The position numbers and the translations under genes are program-made. Source: Escherichia phage vB_EcoM_SA20RB. From it: 64,000 bases of DNA. The stretch lies in sequence record OL960581. One strand, given 5' to 3'. The notes under the pieces are model-generated. The model was given only the letters and a program-made list of their open reading frames with translations. It did no database searches and was not told where the DNA came from. How positions within the stretch are numbered: position 1 is the stretch's first letter; every line of letters starts with the position of its first letter. Below, one piece after another: positions 8,513-20,080 of the stretch.

Positions 8513-8618
8513 ATATTCCTCATAATGCTTCATAAATGTTAGTGGTATAATGGGTCTAAGTCCCTTCCATTCAATTCCAATTAGAACAAACAATAGAAAA
8601 GAATGGAAGATAATAGAA

Positions 8619-9443
8619 TTAGATATTTGACCAGACTTTGTTTGCAGAGAAACGTTTTCCTTTTGAAACGAACTGCTGAAGTGGCATTAACACAACGTTC
8701 GCCCAGTCTTTCGGGGCGATTTCAACAAGGCTACCCATAATATTACCAGGTATATATGCCTTAATCATTTGGTCTGCACCCCTAAATCCTTTCACTTGAC
8801 TCCAATCAATTTTTAATTTCGTTTTATTAGTAATAGTAGGTGTATTCGAATATTGCTTTAAAAGCTCTTCTAGAAATTGCTGACGAGCTTTAGGTGGAAT
8901 ATAGTGCAAGTTCAATCCGTACATTAAATTATGTTTACCTAAACCAAGGTAAATTATCAAAGGAAATTTATCCCAGTAAGGAAGAGTTTCCTTGTGTTTA
9001 GCATCATAAGCAAAAGCATATATTCGCCCCGGCTGCGGGCGAACAACTTTATGTCCTTTTACTTGCTTAATAGTTTCAGCAAACCACTTTCTGGTTTTAT
9101 TATTAATTGCTGCACCTTCATTACGAATTTTATCACGCAATGTTTGCCTGAATGAATTTATCATAAGCAGTTGTCTTTCTTGCTTATTGAGCTTATTCAT
9201 TGGTTTTGATTCAAGATTTTGAATCTTTTCGGCAGTTTTAATTCCTGAAGCATATTTTGACATTGCCGAAGTAAACGTAGAGTATTTGATTCCTCTTTCT
9301 TCAGCAAATTGCTTTCCTGTCATTCCTTTTGCTTTGGCCTTTTTGTATTCAAGACCTATCTGAATCCATTTCTTTTCGTTTAATGATTGCTTAACCTTTG
9401 GAACTTGGGGATTGCTTTCATTAATTATTTGAAAAATAGCCAT
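8619..9443 (-). CDS. 2: DNA end-protector protein gp2
   Basis: 274 aa; position and size match T4 gp2. Confidence 0.8.
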   Translation of the reverse strand: MAIFQIINESNPQVPKVKQSLNEKKWIQIGLEYKKAKAKGMTGKQFAEERGIKYSTFTSAMSKYASGIKTAEKIQNLESKPMNKLNKQERQLLMINSFRQTLRDKIRNEGAAINNKTRKWFAETIKQVKGHKVVRPQPGRIYAFAYDAKHKETLPYWDKFPLIIYLGLGKHNLMYGLNLHYIPPKARQQFLEELLKQYSNTPTITNKTKLKIDWSQVKGFRGADQMIKAYIPGNIMGSLVEIAPKDWANVVLMPLQQFVSKGKRFSANKVWSNI

Positions 9444-9895
9444 TATGCCCCCTTAAAGCCAAGAGCTCGTAATCCATCTTCTGTTAGAATTCTAAATTTT
9501 ATTCCACGTTTTTCAGCTAAAGCTTGCGCTGCTTTCCATTTATCAGTATTAACGGAATATGTATAAATTTCATTCATAAATCTTTTCTTCGCTGCGGTTG
9601 TTAGATGTGCCGGTTTAACTGGTGGTTGTGTTTCTTTTTTAGGCTTTATTTCAATAAAAAATTCTTGTCCAGAAGAATCTTTCATCCAAATATCCATGAA
9701 GTATCTACGTTTTTTCCCTTCTGCATTACAAAAATAAGGAATTACTGCTGTTTCACTACCCCATGCAATAATTTCTGGATTTTTATCTAACCATTCAAAA
9801 AAGAATTTTTCCCAATTTGATCTATACGTAATTTTTTTAGGGTCACCTCTATATTTTGATATATTTTTAGGAACCCATTTTCCAGAATATGCCAT
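9443..9895 (-). CDS. 4: head completion protein gp4
   Basis: 150 aa; stop/start overlap with gene 2; late promoter upstream. Confidence 0.8.
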   Translation of the reverse strand: MAYSGKWVPKNISKYRGDPKKITYRSNWEKFFFEWLDKNPEIIAWGSETAVIPYFCNAEGKKRRYFMDIWMKDSSGQEFFIEIKPKKETQPPVKPAHLTTAAKKRFMNEIYTYSVNTDKWKAAQALAEKRGIKFRILTEDGLRALGFKGA

Positions 9896-9906
9896 TGGAT
9901 TCTCCT

Positions 9907-9929
9907 TATAAATAGATAATATATTTATA
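9907..9929. promoter_or_regulatory. divergent late promoters: TATAAATA 9907..9914 (+, gene 53) and TATAAATA 9929..9922 (-, gene 4)
   Basis: Both 8-mers in the 47-bp gap between divergent late genes. Confidence 0.7.
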
Positions 9930-9942
9930 AACAGGAGGGCCC

Positions 9943-10533
9943 ATGCTCTTTACATTTTTTGATCCGATTGAATATGCGGCCAAAACGGTGAATAAAAACG
10001 CGCCGACTATTCCTATGACAGATATTTTTAGAAACTATAAAGACTATTTCAAACGTGCTCTTGCAGGATACCGCTTACGTACTTATTATATTAAAGGTTC
10101 ACCACGCCCGGAAGAATTAGCAAATGCTATATATGGAAATCCGCAGTTGTATTGGGTTTTATTGATGTGTAATGATAATTATGATCCGTATTATGGATGG
10201 ATTACTTCGCAAGAAGCTGCTTATCAAGCATCTATACAAAAATACAAAAACGTAGGTGGAGACCAAATAGTATATCATGTGAATGAGAACGGTGAAAAAT
10301 TTTATAATTTAATATCATACGATGATAATCCATATGTTTGGTATGACAAAGGCGATAAAGCTAGAAAATATCCTCAATATGAAGGAGCACTTGCTGCGGT
10401 CGATACGTATGAAGCTGCTGTTCTTGAAAATGAAAAACTTCGTCAAATAAAAATAATAGCAAAATCAGACATCAATTCATTTATGAACGACCTTATACGT
10501 ATAATGGAGAAATCTTATGGAAATGATAAGTAA
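9943..10533 (+). CDS. 53: baseplate wedge protein gp53
   Basis: 196 aa; first gene of rightward baseplate block. Confidence 0.85.
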   Translation: MLFTFFDPIEYAAKTVNKNAPTIPMTDIFRNYKDYFKRALAGYRLRTYYIKGSPRPEELANAIYGNPQLYWVLLMCNDNYDPYYGWITSQEAAYQASIQKYKNVGGDQIVYHVNENGEKFYNLISYDDNPYVWYDKGDKARKYPQYEGALAAVDTYEAAVLENEKLRQIKIIAKSDINSFMNDLIRIMEKSYGNDK

Positions 10534-12244
10534 TAACCTTAATTGGTTTGTTGGTGTTGTTGAAGATAGAATGGACCCATTAAAATTAGGTCGTGTTCGT
10601 GTTCGTGTAGTTGGTCTGCATCCACCTCAAAGAGCCCAAGGCGATGTAATGGGTATTCCAACTGATAAATTACCATGGATGTCAGTTATTCAACCTATAA
10701 CTTCTGCAGCAATGTCTGGAATTGGAGGCTCCGTTACTGGTCCAGTAGAAGGAACTAGAGTTTATGGTCATTTTTTAGACAAATGGAAAACTAACGGAAT
10801 TGTCCTTGGCACGTATGGTGGAATAGTTCGCGAAAAGCCTAATAGACTTGAAGGATTTTCTGACCCGACTGGACAGTATCCTAGACGTCTAGGAAATGAT
10901 ACTAACGTATTAAACCAAGGCGGAGAAGTAGGATATGATTCGTCTTCTAATATTATCCAAGATAGCAATCTAGACACTGCGATAAATCCTGATGATAGAC
11001 CGCTATCAGAAATTCCAACTGATGATAATCCAAATATGTCAATGGCTGAAATGCTTCGCCGTGATGAAGGATTAAGACTAAAAGTTTATTGGGATACTGA
11101 AGGATATCCGACAATTGGCATTGGTCATCTTATCATGAAGCAGCCAGTTCGTGATATGACTCAAATTAATAAAGTTTTATCAAAACAAGTTGGTCGTGAA
11201 ATTACTGGAAATCCAGGTTCTATTACAATGGAAGAAGCGGTAACTTTATTTGAACGTGATTTAGCTGATATGCAACGTGACATTAAATCGCATTCTAAAG
11301 TTGGCCCAGTTTGGCAGGCAGTTAATCGTTCTCGTCAAATGGCATTAGAAAATATGGCATTTCAGATGGGTGTTGGCGGTGTAGCTAAATTTAACACAAT
11401 GTTAACTGCTATGTTAGCCGGAGATTGGGAAAAAGCATATAAAGCTGGTCGTGATTCATTGTGGTATCAACAAACAAAAGGCCGTGCATCCCGTGTTACC
11501 ATGATTATTCTTACGGGAAATTTGGAATCATACGGTATTGAAGTGAAAACACCGGCTAGGTCTTTGTCAGCAATGGCTGCTACTGTAGCAAAGTCTTCTG
11601 ACCCGGCTGACCCTCCTATTCCGAATGATTCAAGAATTTTATTCAAAGAACCTGTTTCTTCATATAAAGGTGAATATCCGTATGTTCACACAATGGAAAC
11701 TGAAAGCGGTCATATTCAGGAATTTGATGATACCCCGGGACAAGAACGATACAGATTAGTTCATCCGACTGGAACATATGAGGAAGTATCACCGTCAGGA
11801 AGAAGAACAAGAAAAACTGTTGATAATTTGTATGATATAACAAATGCTGATGGTAATTTTTTGGTAGCTGGCGATAAAAAGACTAACGTCGGTGGATCAG
11901 AAATTTATTACAACATGGATAATCGTCTTCACCAAATAGATGGAAGCAATACAATATTTGTACGTGGCGATGAAACTAAGACGGTTGAAGGTAATGGAAC
12001 TATCCTAGTAAAAGGTAATGTTACTATTGTAGTTGAAGGTAATGCTGACATTACAGTTAAAGGAGATGCTACCACTTTAGTTGAAGGAAATCAGACTAAT
12101 ACAGTAAATGGAAATCTTTCTTGGAAAGTTGCTGGGACAGTTGATTGGGACGTTGGCGGTGATTGGACAGAAAAAATGGCATCTATGAGTTCTATTTCAT
12201 CTGGTCAATACACAATTGATGGATCGAGGATTGACATTGGCTAA
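10517..12244 (+). CDS. 5: baseplate hub / tail lysozyme (cell-puncturing device) gp5
   Basis: 575 aa; central T4-lysozyme-like domain (LRLKVYWDTEGYPTIGIGHL) and C-terminal VxGxxxxx beta-helix repeats. Confidence 0.9.
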   Translation: MEMISNNLNWFVGVVEDRMDPLKLGRVRVRVVGLHPPQRAQGDVMGIPTDKLPWMSVIQPITSAAMSGIGGSVTGPVEGTRVYGHFLDKWKTNGIVLGTYGGIVREKPNRLEGFSDPTGQYPRRLGNDTNVLNQGGEVGYDSSSNIIQDSNLDTAINPDDRPLSEIPTDDNPNMSMAEMLRRDEGLRLKVYWDTEGYPTIGIGHLIMKQPVRDMTQINKVLSKQVGREITGNPGSITMEEAVTLFERDLADMQRDIKSHSKVGPVWQAVNRSRQMALENMAFQMGVGGVAKFNTMLTAMLAGDWEKAYKAGRDSLWYQQTKGRASRVTMIILTGNLESYGIEVKTPARSLSAMAATVAKSSDPADPPIPNDSRILFKEPVSSYKGEYPYVHTMETESGHIQEFDDTPGQERYRLVHPTGTYEEVSPSGRRTRKTVDNLYDITNADGNFLVAGDKKTNVGGSEIYYNMDNRLHQIDGSNTIFVRGDETKTVEGNGTILVKGNVTIVVEGNADITVKGDATTLVEGNQTNTVNGNLSWKVAGTVDWDVGGDWTEKMASMSSISSGQYTIDGSRIDIG

Positions 12245-12278
12245 TATACTTCCAATGAGCGCTGATTTAGGAGAATCC

Positions 12279-12773
12279 ATGGAAGGTTCTTCTATCGACG
12301 TCACCTTTACCGCTCAATTAGAAACAGGTGAAACGTTAGTATCTATAAATATAACTAGTTACGAAGAAACTTCTGGGGTTTTAGTAGAAGAAAATCGTTT
12401 ATATGGAACGTATGAATCTGTATTTGGATTTGGAAATGACGCATTGAAATATCGTTTAGATAATGAATTTAAAACTGCTGCTTCATGGGAAGACCTTCCA
12501 ACTGATTCTAATACTCAGTTATATTTATGGAAAGCTCCTCAAAACCTCCAGAAGACATTCACTTACGAAGTAACATTAATATATGACTACCAAGAACAAG
12601 GTGAATCTGGAGGTTCTGGCAGTAATTCTAGGTCATCTTCTGATACTACTGAACCGACGAATCCTCCAGCTCCAATAAGAAAAACTCTTGTTAAAAATTA
12701 CACAAAAACTATAGTTGGAAATTGGAGTCGTTGGGCTAATAAATTGAGAAGCTACGTGTATGAGAGGCCATAA
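12279..12773 (+). CDS. 5.1: gp5.1-position hypothetical protein
   Basis: Start placed at ATG 12279 with AGGAGA RBS; in-frame ATGs at 12216 and 12255 lack an RBS. Confidence 0.6.
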
Positions 12774-13067
12774 ATGTCAGGATTGAGTTATGATAAGTGT
12801 GTTACTGCCGGCCATGAAGCATGGCCTCCAACAGTTGTGAATGCTACACAAAGTAAAGTATTCACTGGAGGAATTGCTGTTCTCGTAGCAGGCGATCCAA
12901 TTACAGAACATACAGAAATTAAAAAGCCATATGAAACACATGGCGGAGTGACACAACCTAGAACTTCTAAGGTATATGTCACTGGAAAGAAAGCTGTTCA
13001 AATGGCTGATCCAATATCATGCGGTGATACTGTGGCTCAGGCATCATCTAAAGTATTCATTAAATAG
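12774..13067 (+). CDS. 5.4: PAAR-repeat spike tip protein gp5.4
   Basis: 97 aa directly after gene 5/5.1; size and position match T4 gp5.4. Confidence 0.75.
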
Positions 13068-13075
13068 GATTTAAA

Positions 13076-15058
13076 ATGGCAAATACCCCTGTAAATTATC
13101 AATTAACAAGAACAGCAAATGCTATTCCCGAGATATTCGTCGGGGGTACATTTGCTGAAATAAAACAAAACCTCATTGAATGGCTTAATGGCCAAAATGA
13201 ATTTTTGGATTATGATTTTGAAGGCTCAAGATTAAACGTTCTGTGCGACCTTTTGGCTTATAATACATTATACATTCAGCAGTTTGGTAATGCTGCCTTG
13301 TATGAAAGCTTTATGCGTACTGCTAATTTGCGTAGTTCAGTAGTTCAAGCTGCACAAGATAATGGATATTTACCTACTTCAAAATCAGCTGCTCAAACTG
13401 AAATTATGCTAACTTGTACAGATGCATTGAATAGAAATTACATTACTATTCCTCGTGGTACTCGCTTTTTAGCATATGCAAAAGATACTTCCGTTAATCC
13501 TTACAACTTTGTATCTACTGAAGATGTTATTGCTATTCGTGATAAAAATAACCAATATTTTCCACGTTTAAAATTGGCCCAGGGACGTATAGTAAGAACT
13601 GAAATCATTTATGATAAATTAACACCTATTATCATTTATGACAAAAATATAGATAGAAACCAAGTTAAATTATACGTTGATGGAGCAGAATGGATTAACT
13701 GGACAAGAAAGTCAATGGTTCATGCTGGTTCTACATCAACAATTTACTACATGCGTGAAACTATTGATGGAAATACCGAGTTTTATTTTGGTGAAGGCGA
13801 GATTTCTGTTAATGCGGCAGAAGGAGCATTGACTGCTAATTATATTGGAGGTCTTAAACCTACCCAGAACTCTACGATTGTTATTGAGTACATCAGTACT
13901 AACGGTGCAGATGCGAATGGCGCAGTCGGATTTTCATATGCAGATACATTAACAAATATAACTGTCATCAATATTAATGAAAATCCAAACGATGACCCAG
14001 ATTTTGTTGGGGCAGATGGCGGCGGTGATCCAGAAGATATTGAGCGTATTCGCGAATTGGGTACTATTAAACGCGAAACCCAGCAACGCTGCGTAACTGC
14101 GACTGACTATGATACATTCGTTTCAGAGAGATTTGGTTCTATTATTCAAGCAGTTCAGACGTTCACTGATTCTACTAAACCTGGTTATGCATTTATTGCT
14201 GCTAAACCTAAATCAGGTCTGTATTTAACTACCGTACAGCGCGAAGATATTAAAAATTATCTCAAAGACTATAATTTAGCTCCTATTACACCATCAATTA
14301 TTTCTCCTAATTATCTTTTTATTAAGACTAATTTAAAAGTCACATATGCTTTAAATAAGCTGCAAGAATCCGAACAGTGGCTCGAAGGTCAAATAATTGA
14401 TAAAATTGATCGTTATTATACAGAAGATGTAGAAATTTTTAACTCATCTTTCGCTAAATCTAAGATGTTGACATATGTAGATGATGCAGATCATTCTATC
14501 ATTGGTTCATCAGCGACAATTCAAATTGTTCGTGAAGTACAAAACTTCTATAAAACGCCTGAAGCGGGTATTAAATACAATAATCAAATAAAAGATCGTT
14601 CTATGGAATCTAATACGTTTTCATTTAATTCTGGACGAAAGGTTGTAAATCCTGATACTGGTTTAGAAGAAGATGTATTATATGACGTCCGCATAGTATC
14701 AACAGACCGAGATTCTAAAGGAATTGGTAAAGTTATTATTGGTCCATTTGCTTCTGGCGATGTTACAGAAAATGAAAACATTCAGCCGTATACAGGCAAC
14801 GATTTTAACAAATTAGCAAATTCTGATGGACGCGACAAATACTATGTTATCGGTGAAATAAATTATCCAGCTGACATGATTTATTGGAATATCGCTAAAA
14901 TTAATTTAACATCTGAAAAATTTGAAGTTCAGACTATTGAATTATATTCTGACCCAACCGATGATGTTATCTTTACTCGTGATGGTTCACTGATTGTATT
15001 TGAAAATGACTTACGTCCACAATACTTAACTATCGATTTGGAGCCTATATCACAATGA
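13076..15058 (+). CDS. 6: baseplate wedge protein gp6
   Basis: 660 aa; synteny. Confidence 0.85.
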   Translation: MANTPVNYQLTRTANAIPEIFVGGTFAEIKQNLIEWLNGQNEFLDYDFEGSRLNVLCDLLAYNTLYIQQFGNAALYESFMRTANLRSSVVQAAQDNGYLPTSKSAAQTEIMLTCTDALNRNYITIPRGTRFLAYAKDTSVNPYNFVSTEDVIAIRDKNNQYFPRLKLAQGRIVRTEIIYDKLTPIIIYDKNIDRNQVKLYVDGAEWINWTRKSMVHAGSTSTIYYMRETIDGNTEFYFGEGEISVNAAEGALTANYIGGLKPTQNSTIVIEYISTNGADANGAVGFSYADTLTNITVININENPNDDPDFVGADGGGDPEDIERIRELGTIKRETQQRCVTATDYDTFVSERFGSIIQAVQTFTDSTKPGYAFIAAKPKSGLYLTTVQREDIKNYLKDYNLAPITPSIISPNYLFIKTNLKVTYALNKLQESEQWLEGQIIDKIDRYYTEDVEIFNSSFAKSKMLTYVDDADHSIIGSSATIQIVREVQNFYKTPEAGIKYNNQIKDRSMESNTFSFNSGRKVVNPDTGLEEDVLYDVRIVSTDRDSKGIGKVIIGPFASGDVTENENIQPYTGNDFNKLANSDGRDKYYVIGEINYPADMIYWNIAKINLTSEKFEVQTIELYSDPTDDVIFTRDGSLIVFENDLRPQYLTIDLEPISQ

Positions 15059-18000
15059 CAGTAAAAGCACCTTCAGTCACTAGTCTCAGAATTTCCAAGT
15101 TATCCGCAAATCAGGTGCAAGTACGCTGGGATGACGTTGGTGCTAATTTCTACTATTTTGTAGAAATCGCTGAGACAAAAACAAACTCGGGGGAAAATCT
15201 CCCGAGTAATCAATACAGATGGATTAACTTAGGATATACTGCAAATAACAGCTTCTTTTTTGATGATGCTGATCCATTGACATCATACATTATCAGAGTA
15301 GCTACAGCTGCGCAAGATTTTGAGCAGTCTGATTGGATTTATACCGAAGAGTTTGAAACTTTTGCTACAAATGCTTATACATTTCAAAACATGATTGAAA
15401 TGCAATTAGCCAATAAATTCATTCAGGAAAAATTTACTCTTAATAATTCTGATTATGTCAATTTTAATAATGACACTATAATGGCTGCATTGATGAATGA
15501 ATCATTTCAATTCAGCCCATCATATGTTGATGTTTCATCAATAAGTAATTTTATTATTGGTGAAAATGAGTATCATGAAATACAAGGTTCTATTCAGCAA
15601 GTATGTAAGGATATTAACCGAGTTTATTTGATGGAATCAGAAGGGATTTTATACCTTTTTGAGCGCTATCAGCCTGTAGTTAAAGTATCCAATGATAAAG
15701 GACAAACTTGGAAAGCTGTAAAGCTCTTCAATGACCGTGTAGGATATCCTTTATCTAAGACAGTATATTACCAATCTGCGAACACAACATACGTTCTAGG
15801 ATACGATAAGATTTTCTATGGCCGCAAATCGACTGATGTTAGATGGTCAGCTGATGATGTCAGATTTAGTTCTCAGGATATAACATTTGCTAAACTTGGC
15901 GACCAATTACATTTAGGATTTGATGTAGAAATTTTTGCCACCTACGCAACTTTGCCAGCGAATGTATATCGCATTGCAGAAGCTATTACTTGCACCGATG
16001 ATTACATTTACGTTGTCGCCAGAGACAAAGTTAGATACATAAAAACTAGTAATGCACCTATAGATTCTGATCCATTATCTCCAACATATTCGGAAAGGCT
16101 TTTTGAACCTGATACAATGACTATAACCGGAAATCCTAAAGCAGTATGCTATAAAATGGATTCTATTGGTGATAAAGTTTTTGCTCTTATTATTGGTGAA
16201 GTTGAAACATTAAATGCTAATCCTAGAACATCAAAAATAATTGATTCTGCTGATAAAGGAATATATGTTTTAAATCACGACACAAAAACATGGAAAAGAG
16301 TTTTTGGCAACACTGAAGAAGAAAGAAGACGTATTCAACCAGGATATGCGAATATGTCAACTGACGGTAAATTAGTTTCTCTATCATCGAGTAATTTTAA
16401 ATTTTTAAGTGATAATGTTGTTAATGACCCTGAAACTGCAGCAAAATATCAGTTAATCGGTGCTGTTAAATATGAATTTCCTCGTGAATGGTTAGCTGAT
16501 AAGCATTATCATATGATGGCATTTATAGCAGATGAAAAGTCTGATTGGGAAACTTTTACTCCTCAGCCGATGAAATACTATGCAGAACCATTCTTTAACT
16601 GGTCTAAAAAATCTAACACACGTTGTTGGATAAACAACTCAGATAGGGTTGTAGTAGTTTATGCTGATTTAAAATACACTAAAGTTATAGAAAATATTCC
16701 GGAAACATCACCAGATAGATTAGTTCATGAATACTGGGATGATGGCGATTGTACTATAGTAATGCCAAATGTTAAATTCACTGGATTTAAAAAATATGCA
16801 TCTGGGATGCTTTTCTATAAAGCCTCTGGTGAAATAATTTCTTACTATGATTTTAACTATCGTGTTAGAGACACTGTCGAAATTATTTGGAAGCCAACTG
16901 GAGTATTTTTAAAAGCATTTTTACAAAACCAAGAGCACGAAACCCCTTGGTCGCCTGAAGAAGAGCGTGGATTAGCTGACCCTGATTTAAGACCATTGAT
17001 TGGCACAATGATGCCTGATTCTTATTTGTTGCAGGATTCGAATTTTGAGGCATTTTGCGAAGCATATATTCAGTATCTTTCTGATGGATATGGAACCCAG
17101 TATAACAATTTACGAAATTTAATTCGTAACAAATATCCACGAGAAGAGCATGCATGGGAATATTTGTGGTCAGAGATATATAAAAGAAACATTTATTTAA
17201 ATGCTGACAAACGTGATGCTGTTGCAAGATTTTTCGAATCACGTAGCTATGATTTTTATTCTACTAAAGGAATTGAAGCATCATACAAATTTCTTTTTAA
17301 AGTTCTTTATAATGAAGAGGTTGAAATTGAAATTGAATCTGGGGCTGGTACTGAATATGATATAATCGTTCAATCTGATTCTTTGACTGAAGACTTAGTA
17401 GGACAAACGATTTATACAGCTACAGGAAGATGTAATGTTACTTATATAGAAAGAAGCTATTCTAATGGTAAATTGCAATGGACCGTAACTATTCATAATC
17501 TTTTGGGAAGATTGATTGCCGGTCAAGAAGTTAAAGCAGAAAGACTTCCTAGTTTTGAAGGCGAAATTATTCGTGGAGTTAAAGGGAAGGATTTGCTTCA
17601 AAATAATATAGACTATATTAATAGAAGTCGATCATATTATGTAATGAAAATTAAATCCAATTTACCTTCTTCCCGCTGGAAATCTGACGTTATTCGTTTT
17701 GTTCATCCAGTAGGATTTGGATTTATAGCAATTACCCTTTTAACGATGTTTATTAATGTTGGTTTAACTCTTAAACATACAGAGACCATAATTAATAAAT
17801 ACAAAAACTATAAATGGGATTCTGGATTGCCTACTGAATATGCTGATAGAGTAGCTAAATTGACTCCGACTGGTGAAATTGAGCATGATTCGGTAACAGG
17901 CGAAGCAATTTATGAGCCTGGCCCAATGGCTGGTGTAGAATATCCTCTTCCTGATGACTATAATGCTGAAAATAACAATTCAATATTTCAAGGTCAATTG

Positions 18001-18153
18001 CCGTCTGAACGACGTAAATTAATGAGTCCTCTATTTGACGCATCTGGAACAACATTTGCACAATTTAGGGATTTAGTTAATAAACGTCTAAAAGATAATA
18101 TAGGAAATCCAAGAGACCCTGAAAATCCAACACAGGTTAAAATAGATGAATGA
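15055..18153 (+). CDS. 7: baseplate wedge protein gp7
   Basis: 1032 aa; ATGA overlap with gene 6. Confidence 0.85.
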   Translation: MTVKAPSVTSLRISKLSANQVQVRWDDVGANFYYFVEIAETKTNSGENLPSNQYRWINLGYTANNSFFFDDADPLTSYIIRVATAAQDFEQSDWIYTEEFETFATNAYTFQNMIEMQLANKFIQEKFTLNNSDYVNFNNDTIMAALMNESFQFSPSYVDVSSISNFIIGENEYHEIQGSIQQVCKDINRVYLMESEGILYLFERYQPVVKVSNDKGQTWKAVKLFNDRVGYPLSKTVYYQSANTTYVLGYDKIFYGRKSTDVRWSADDVRFSSQDITFAKLGDQLHLGFDVEIFATYATLPANVYRIAEAITCTDDYIYVVARDKVRYIKTSNAPIDSDPLSPTYSERLFEPDTMTITGNPKAVCYKMDSIGDKVFALIIGEVETLNANPRTSKIIDSADKGIYVLNHDTKTWKRVFGNTEEERRRIQPGYANMSTDGKLVSLSSSNFKFLSDNVVNDPETAAKYQLIGAVKYEFPREWLADKHYHMMAFIADEKSDWETFTPQPMKYYAEPFFNWSKKSNTRCWINNSDRVVVVYADLKYTKVIENIPETSPDRLVHEYWDDGDCTIVMPNVKFTGFKKYASGMLFYKASGEIISYYDFNYRVRDTVEIIWKPTGVFLKAFLQNQEHETPWSPEEERGLADPDLRPLIGTMMPDSYLLQDSNFEAFCEAYIQYLSDGYGTQYNNLRNLIRNKYPREEHAWEYLWSEIYKRNIYLNADKRDAVARFFESRSYDFYSTKGIEASYKFLFKVLYNEEVEIEIESGAGTEYDIIVQSDSLTEDLVGQTIYTATGRCNVTYIERSYSNGKLQWTVTIHNLLGRLIAGQEVKAERLPSFEGEIIRGVKGKDLLQNNIDYINRSRSYYVMKIKSNLPSSRWKSDVIRFVHPVGFGFIAITLLTMFINVGLTLKHTETIINKYKNYKWDSGLPTEYADRVAKLTPTGEIEHDSVTGEAIYEPGPMAGVEYPLPDDYNAENNNSIFQGQLPSERRKLMSPLFDASGTTFAQFRDLVNKRLKDNIGNPRDPENPTQVKIDE

Positions 18154-19150
18154 TTCAAGTGTTATCTATCGTGCGATAGTTACTTCAAAATTTAGAACAG
18201 AAAAAATGTTGAATTTTTATAATTCAATTGGAAGTGGTCCGGATAAAAACACTATCTTTATCACATTTGGAAGATCAGAACCATGGTCATCAAATGAAAA
18301 TGAGGTGGGCTTTGCTCCACCTTATCCTACCGATTCCGTATTAGGTGTAACTGACATGTGGACTCATATGATGGGAACCGTAAAGGTTCTTCCATCTATG
18401 CTTGATGCAGTTATTCCTCGTCGAGATTGGGGAGATACTAGATATCCGGATCCATACACATTTAGAATTAACGATATTGTAGTGTGTAACTCAGCTCCTT
18501 ACAATGCTACTGAATCAGGCGCAGGCTGGTTAGTATATCGCTGTTTAGATGTTCCTGATACCGGAATGTGTTCAATAGCATCTTTAACTGATAAAGATGA
18601 ATGCCTTAAGTTAGGTGGAAAATGGACTCCTTCTGTTAGGTCAATGACTCCTCCTGAAGGTCGAGGAGACGCGGAAGGAACAATCGAACCCGGCGACGGA
18701 TATGTTTGGGAATATCTTTTTGAGATTCCGCCTGATGTATCTATAAATAGATGCACGAATGAATATATCGTGGTTCCTTGGCCTGAGGAATTAAAAGAAG
18801 ACCCGGCTAGATGGGGATATGAAGATAATCTCACTTGGCAACAAGATGATTTTGGATTAATTTACCGTGTTAAGGCAAATACTATTCGTTTTAAAGCATA
18901 TTTAGATTCAGTTTATTTTCCTGAGGCTGCATTGCCGGGAAATAAAGGATTTAGACAAATATCAATAATCACGAATCCTCTTGAAGCTAAAGCTCATCCA
19001 AATGACCCAAACGTTAAAGCTGAAAAGGATTATTATGATCCGGAAGATTTAATGAGGCATTCGGGCGAAATGATTTATATGGAAAATAGGCCACCTATTA
19101 TCATGGCAATGGATCAAACAGAAGAAATCAATATTCTGTTTACATTTTAA
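18146..19150 (+). CDS. 8: baseplate wedge protein gp8
   Basis: 334 aa; overlaps gene 7 end. Confidence 0.85.
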   Translation: MNDSSVIYRAIVTSKFRTEKMLNFYNSIGSGPDKNTIFITFGRSEPWSSNENEVGFAPPYPTDSVLGVTDMWTHMMGTVKVLPSMLDAVIPRRDWGDTRYPDPYTFRINDIVVCNSAPYNATESGAGWLVYRCLDVPDTGMCSIASLTDKDECLKLGGKWTPSVRSMTPPEGRGDAEGTIEPGDGYVWEYLFEIPPDVSINRCTNEYIVVPWPEELKEDPARWGYEDNLTWQQDDFGLIYRVKANTIRFKAYLDSVYFPEAALPGNKGFRQISIITNPLEAKAHPNDPNVKAEKDYYDPEDLMRHSGEMIYMENRPPIIMAMDQTEEINILFTF

Positions 19151-19155
19151 CTTAA

Positions 19156-19179
19156 GGGAGCCCATGGGCTCCCTTTTTC
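19156..19179 (+). terminator. rho-independent terminator after gene 8
   Basis: GGGAGCC-CAUG-GGCUCCC + UUUUU. Confidence 0.65.
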
Positions 19180-19181
19180 TT

Positions 19182-19189
19182 TATAAATA
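19182..19189 (+). promoter_or_regulatory. late promoter TATAAATA for gene 9
   Basis: Exact 8-mer 25 nt upstream of ATG 19214. Confidence 0.65.
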
Positions 19190-19213
19190 CTATAAACTCA
19201 TAAGGAAACCGCT

Positions 19214-20080
19214 ATGTTCATTCAAGAACCAAAGAAATTGATTGATACCGGCGAAATTGGTAACGCTTCTACTGGTGATATCTTATTCGACGGTGGTAAT
19301 AAAATTAATAGTGATTTTAACGCAATTTATAATGCGTTTGGCGATCAACGTAAAATGGCAGTAGCAAATGGAACTGGAGCAGATGGCCAAATTATCCATG
19401 CTACTGGATATTATCAAAAACACTCTATTGCAGAGTACGCAACTCCGGTAAAAGTTGGCACTAGGCATGATATTGATACCTCTACTGTAGGTGTTAAAGT
19501 TATCATTGAAAGAGGCGAACTTGGCGATTGCGTTGAATTTATTAACTCAAATGGATCTATATCAGTTACTAATCCTTTAACGATTCAAGCGATTGATTCA
19601 ATTAAAGGTGTTTCGGGTAATTTAGTAGTAACTAGCCCATATAGTAAAGTAACTTTACGCTGTATTTCATCTGATAATTCTACATCGGTTTGGAATTATT
19701 CTATTGAAAGCATGTTTGGACAAAAGGAATCACCAGCTGAAGGTACATGGAATATTTCTACATCCGGATCAGTTGATATTCCATTATTTCATCGCACTGA
19801 ATACAATATGGCTAAATTGCTAGTTACATGCCAATCAGTAGATGGAAGAAAAATTAAAACAGCAGAAATAAATATTCTTGTGGATACTGTTAATTCAGAG
19901 GTCATTTCTTCTGAATATGCTGTCATGCGGGTTGGGAATGAAACCGAAGAAGACGAAATCGCTAATATTGCATTTAGTATTAAAGAAAATTATGTAACGG
20001 CGACTATAAGTTCTCCAACTGTCGGTATGAGAGCAGCAGTTAAAGTTATCGCTACGCAGAAAATCGGGGTGGCTCAATAA
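19214..20080 (+). CDS. 9: long-tail-fibre socket protein gp9
   Basis: 288 aa; synteny. Confidence 0.85.
   Translation: MFIQEPKKLIDTGEIGNASTGDILFDGGNKINSDFNAIYNAFGDQRKMAVANGTGADGQIIHATGYYQKHSIAEYATPVKVGTRHDIDTSTVGVKVIIERGELGDCVEFINSNGSISVTNPLTIQAIDSIKGVSGNLVVTSPYSKVTLRCISSDNSTSVWNYSIESMFGQKESPAEGTWNISTSGSVDIPLFHRTEYNMAKLLVTCQSVDGRKIKTAEINILVDTVNSEVISSEYAVMRVGNETEEDEIANIAFSIKENYVTATISSPTVGMRAAVKVIATQKIGVAQ

Noticed and set aside
8513-8593. N-terminal extension of the gene 3 ORF (203-aa version)
   Set aside because: The extension has no RBS, whereas the internal ATG at 8512 has AGGAAT upstream and begins MSQALQQIF.
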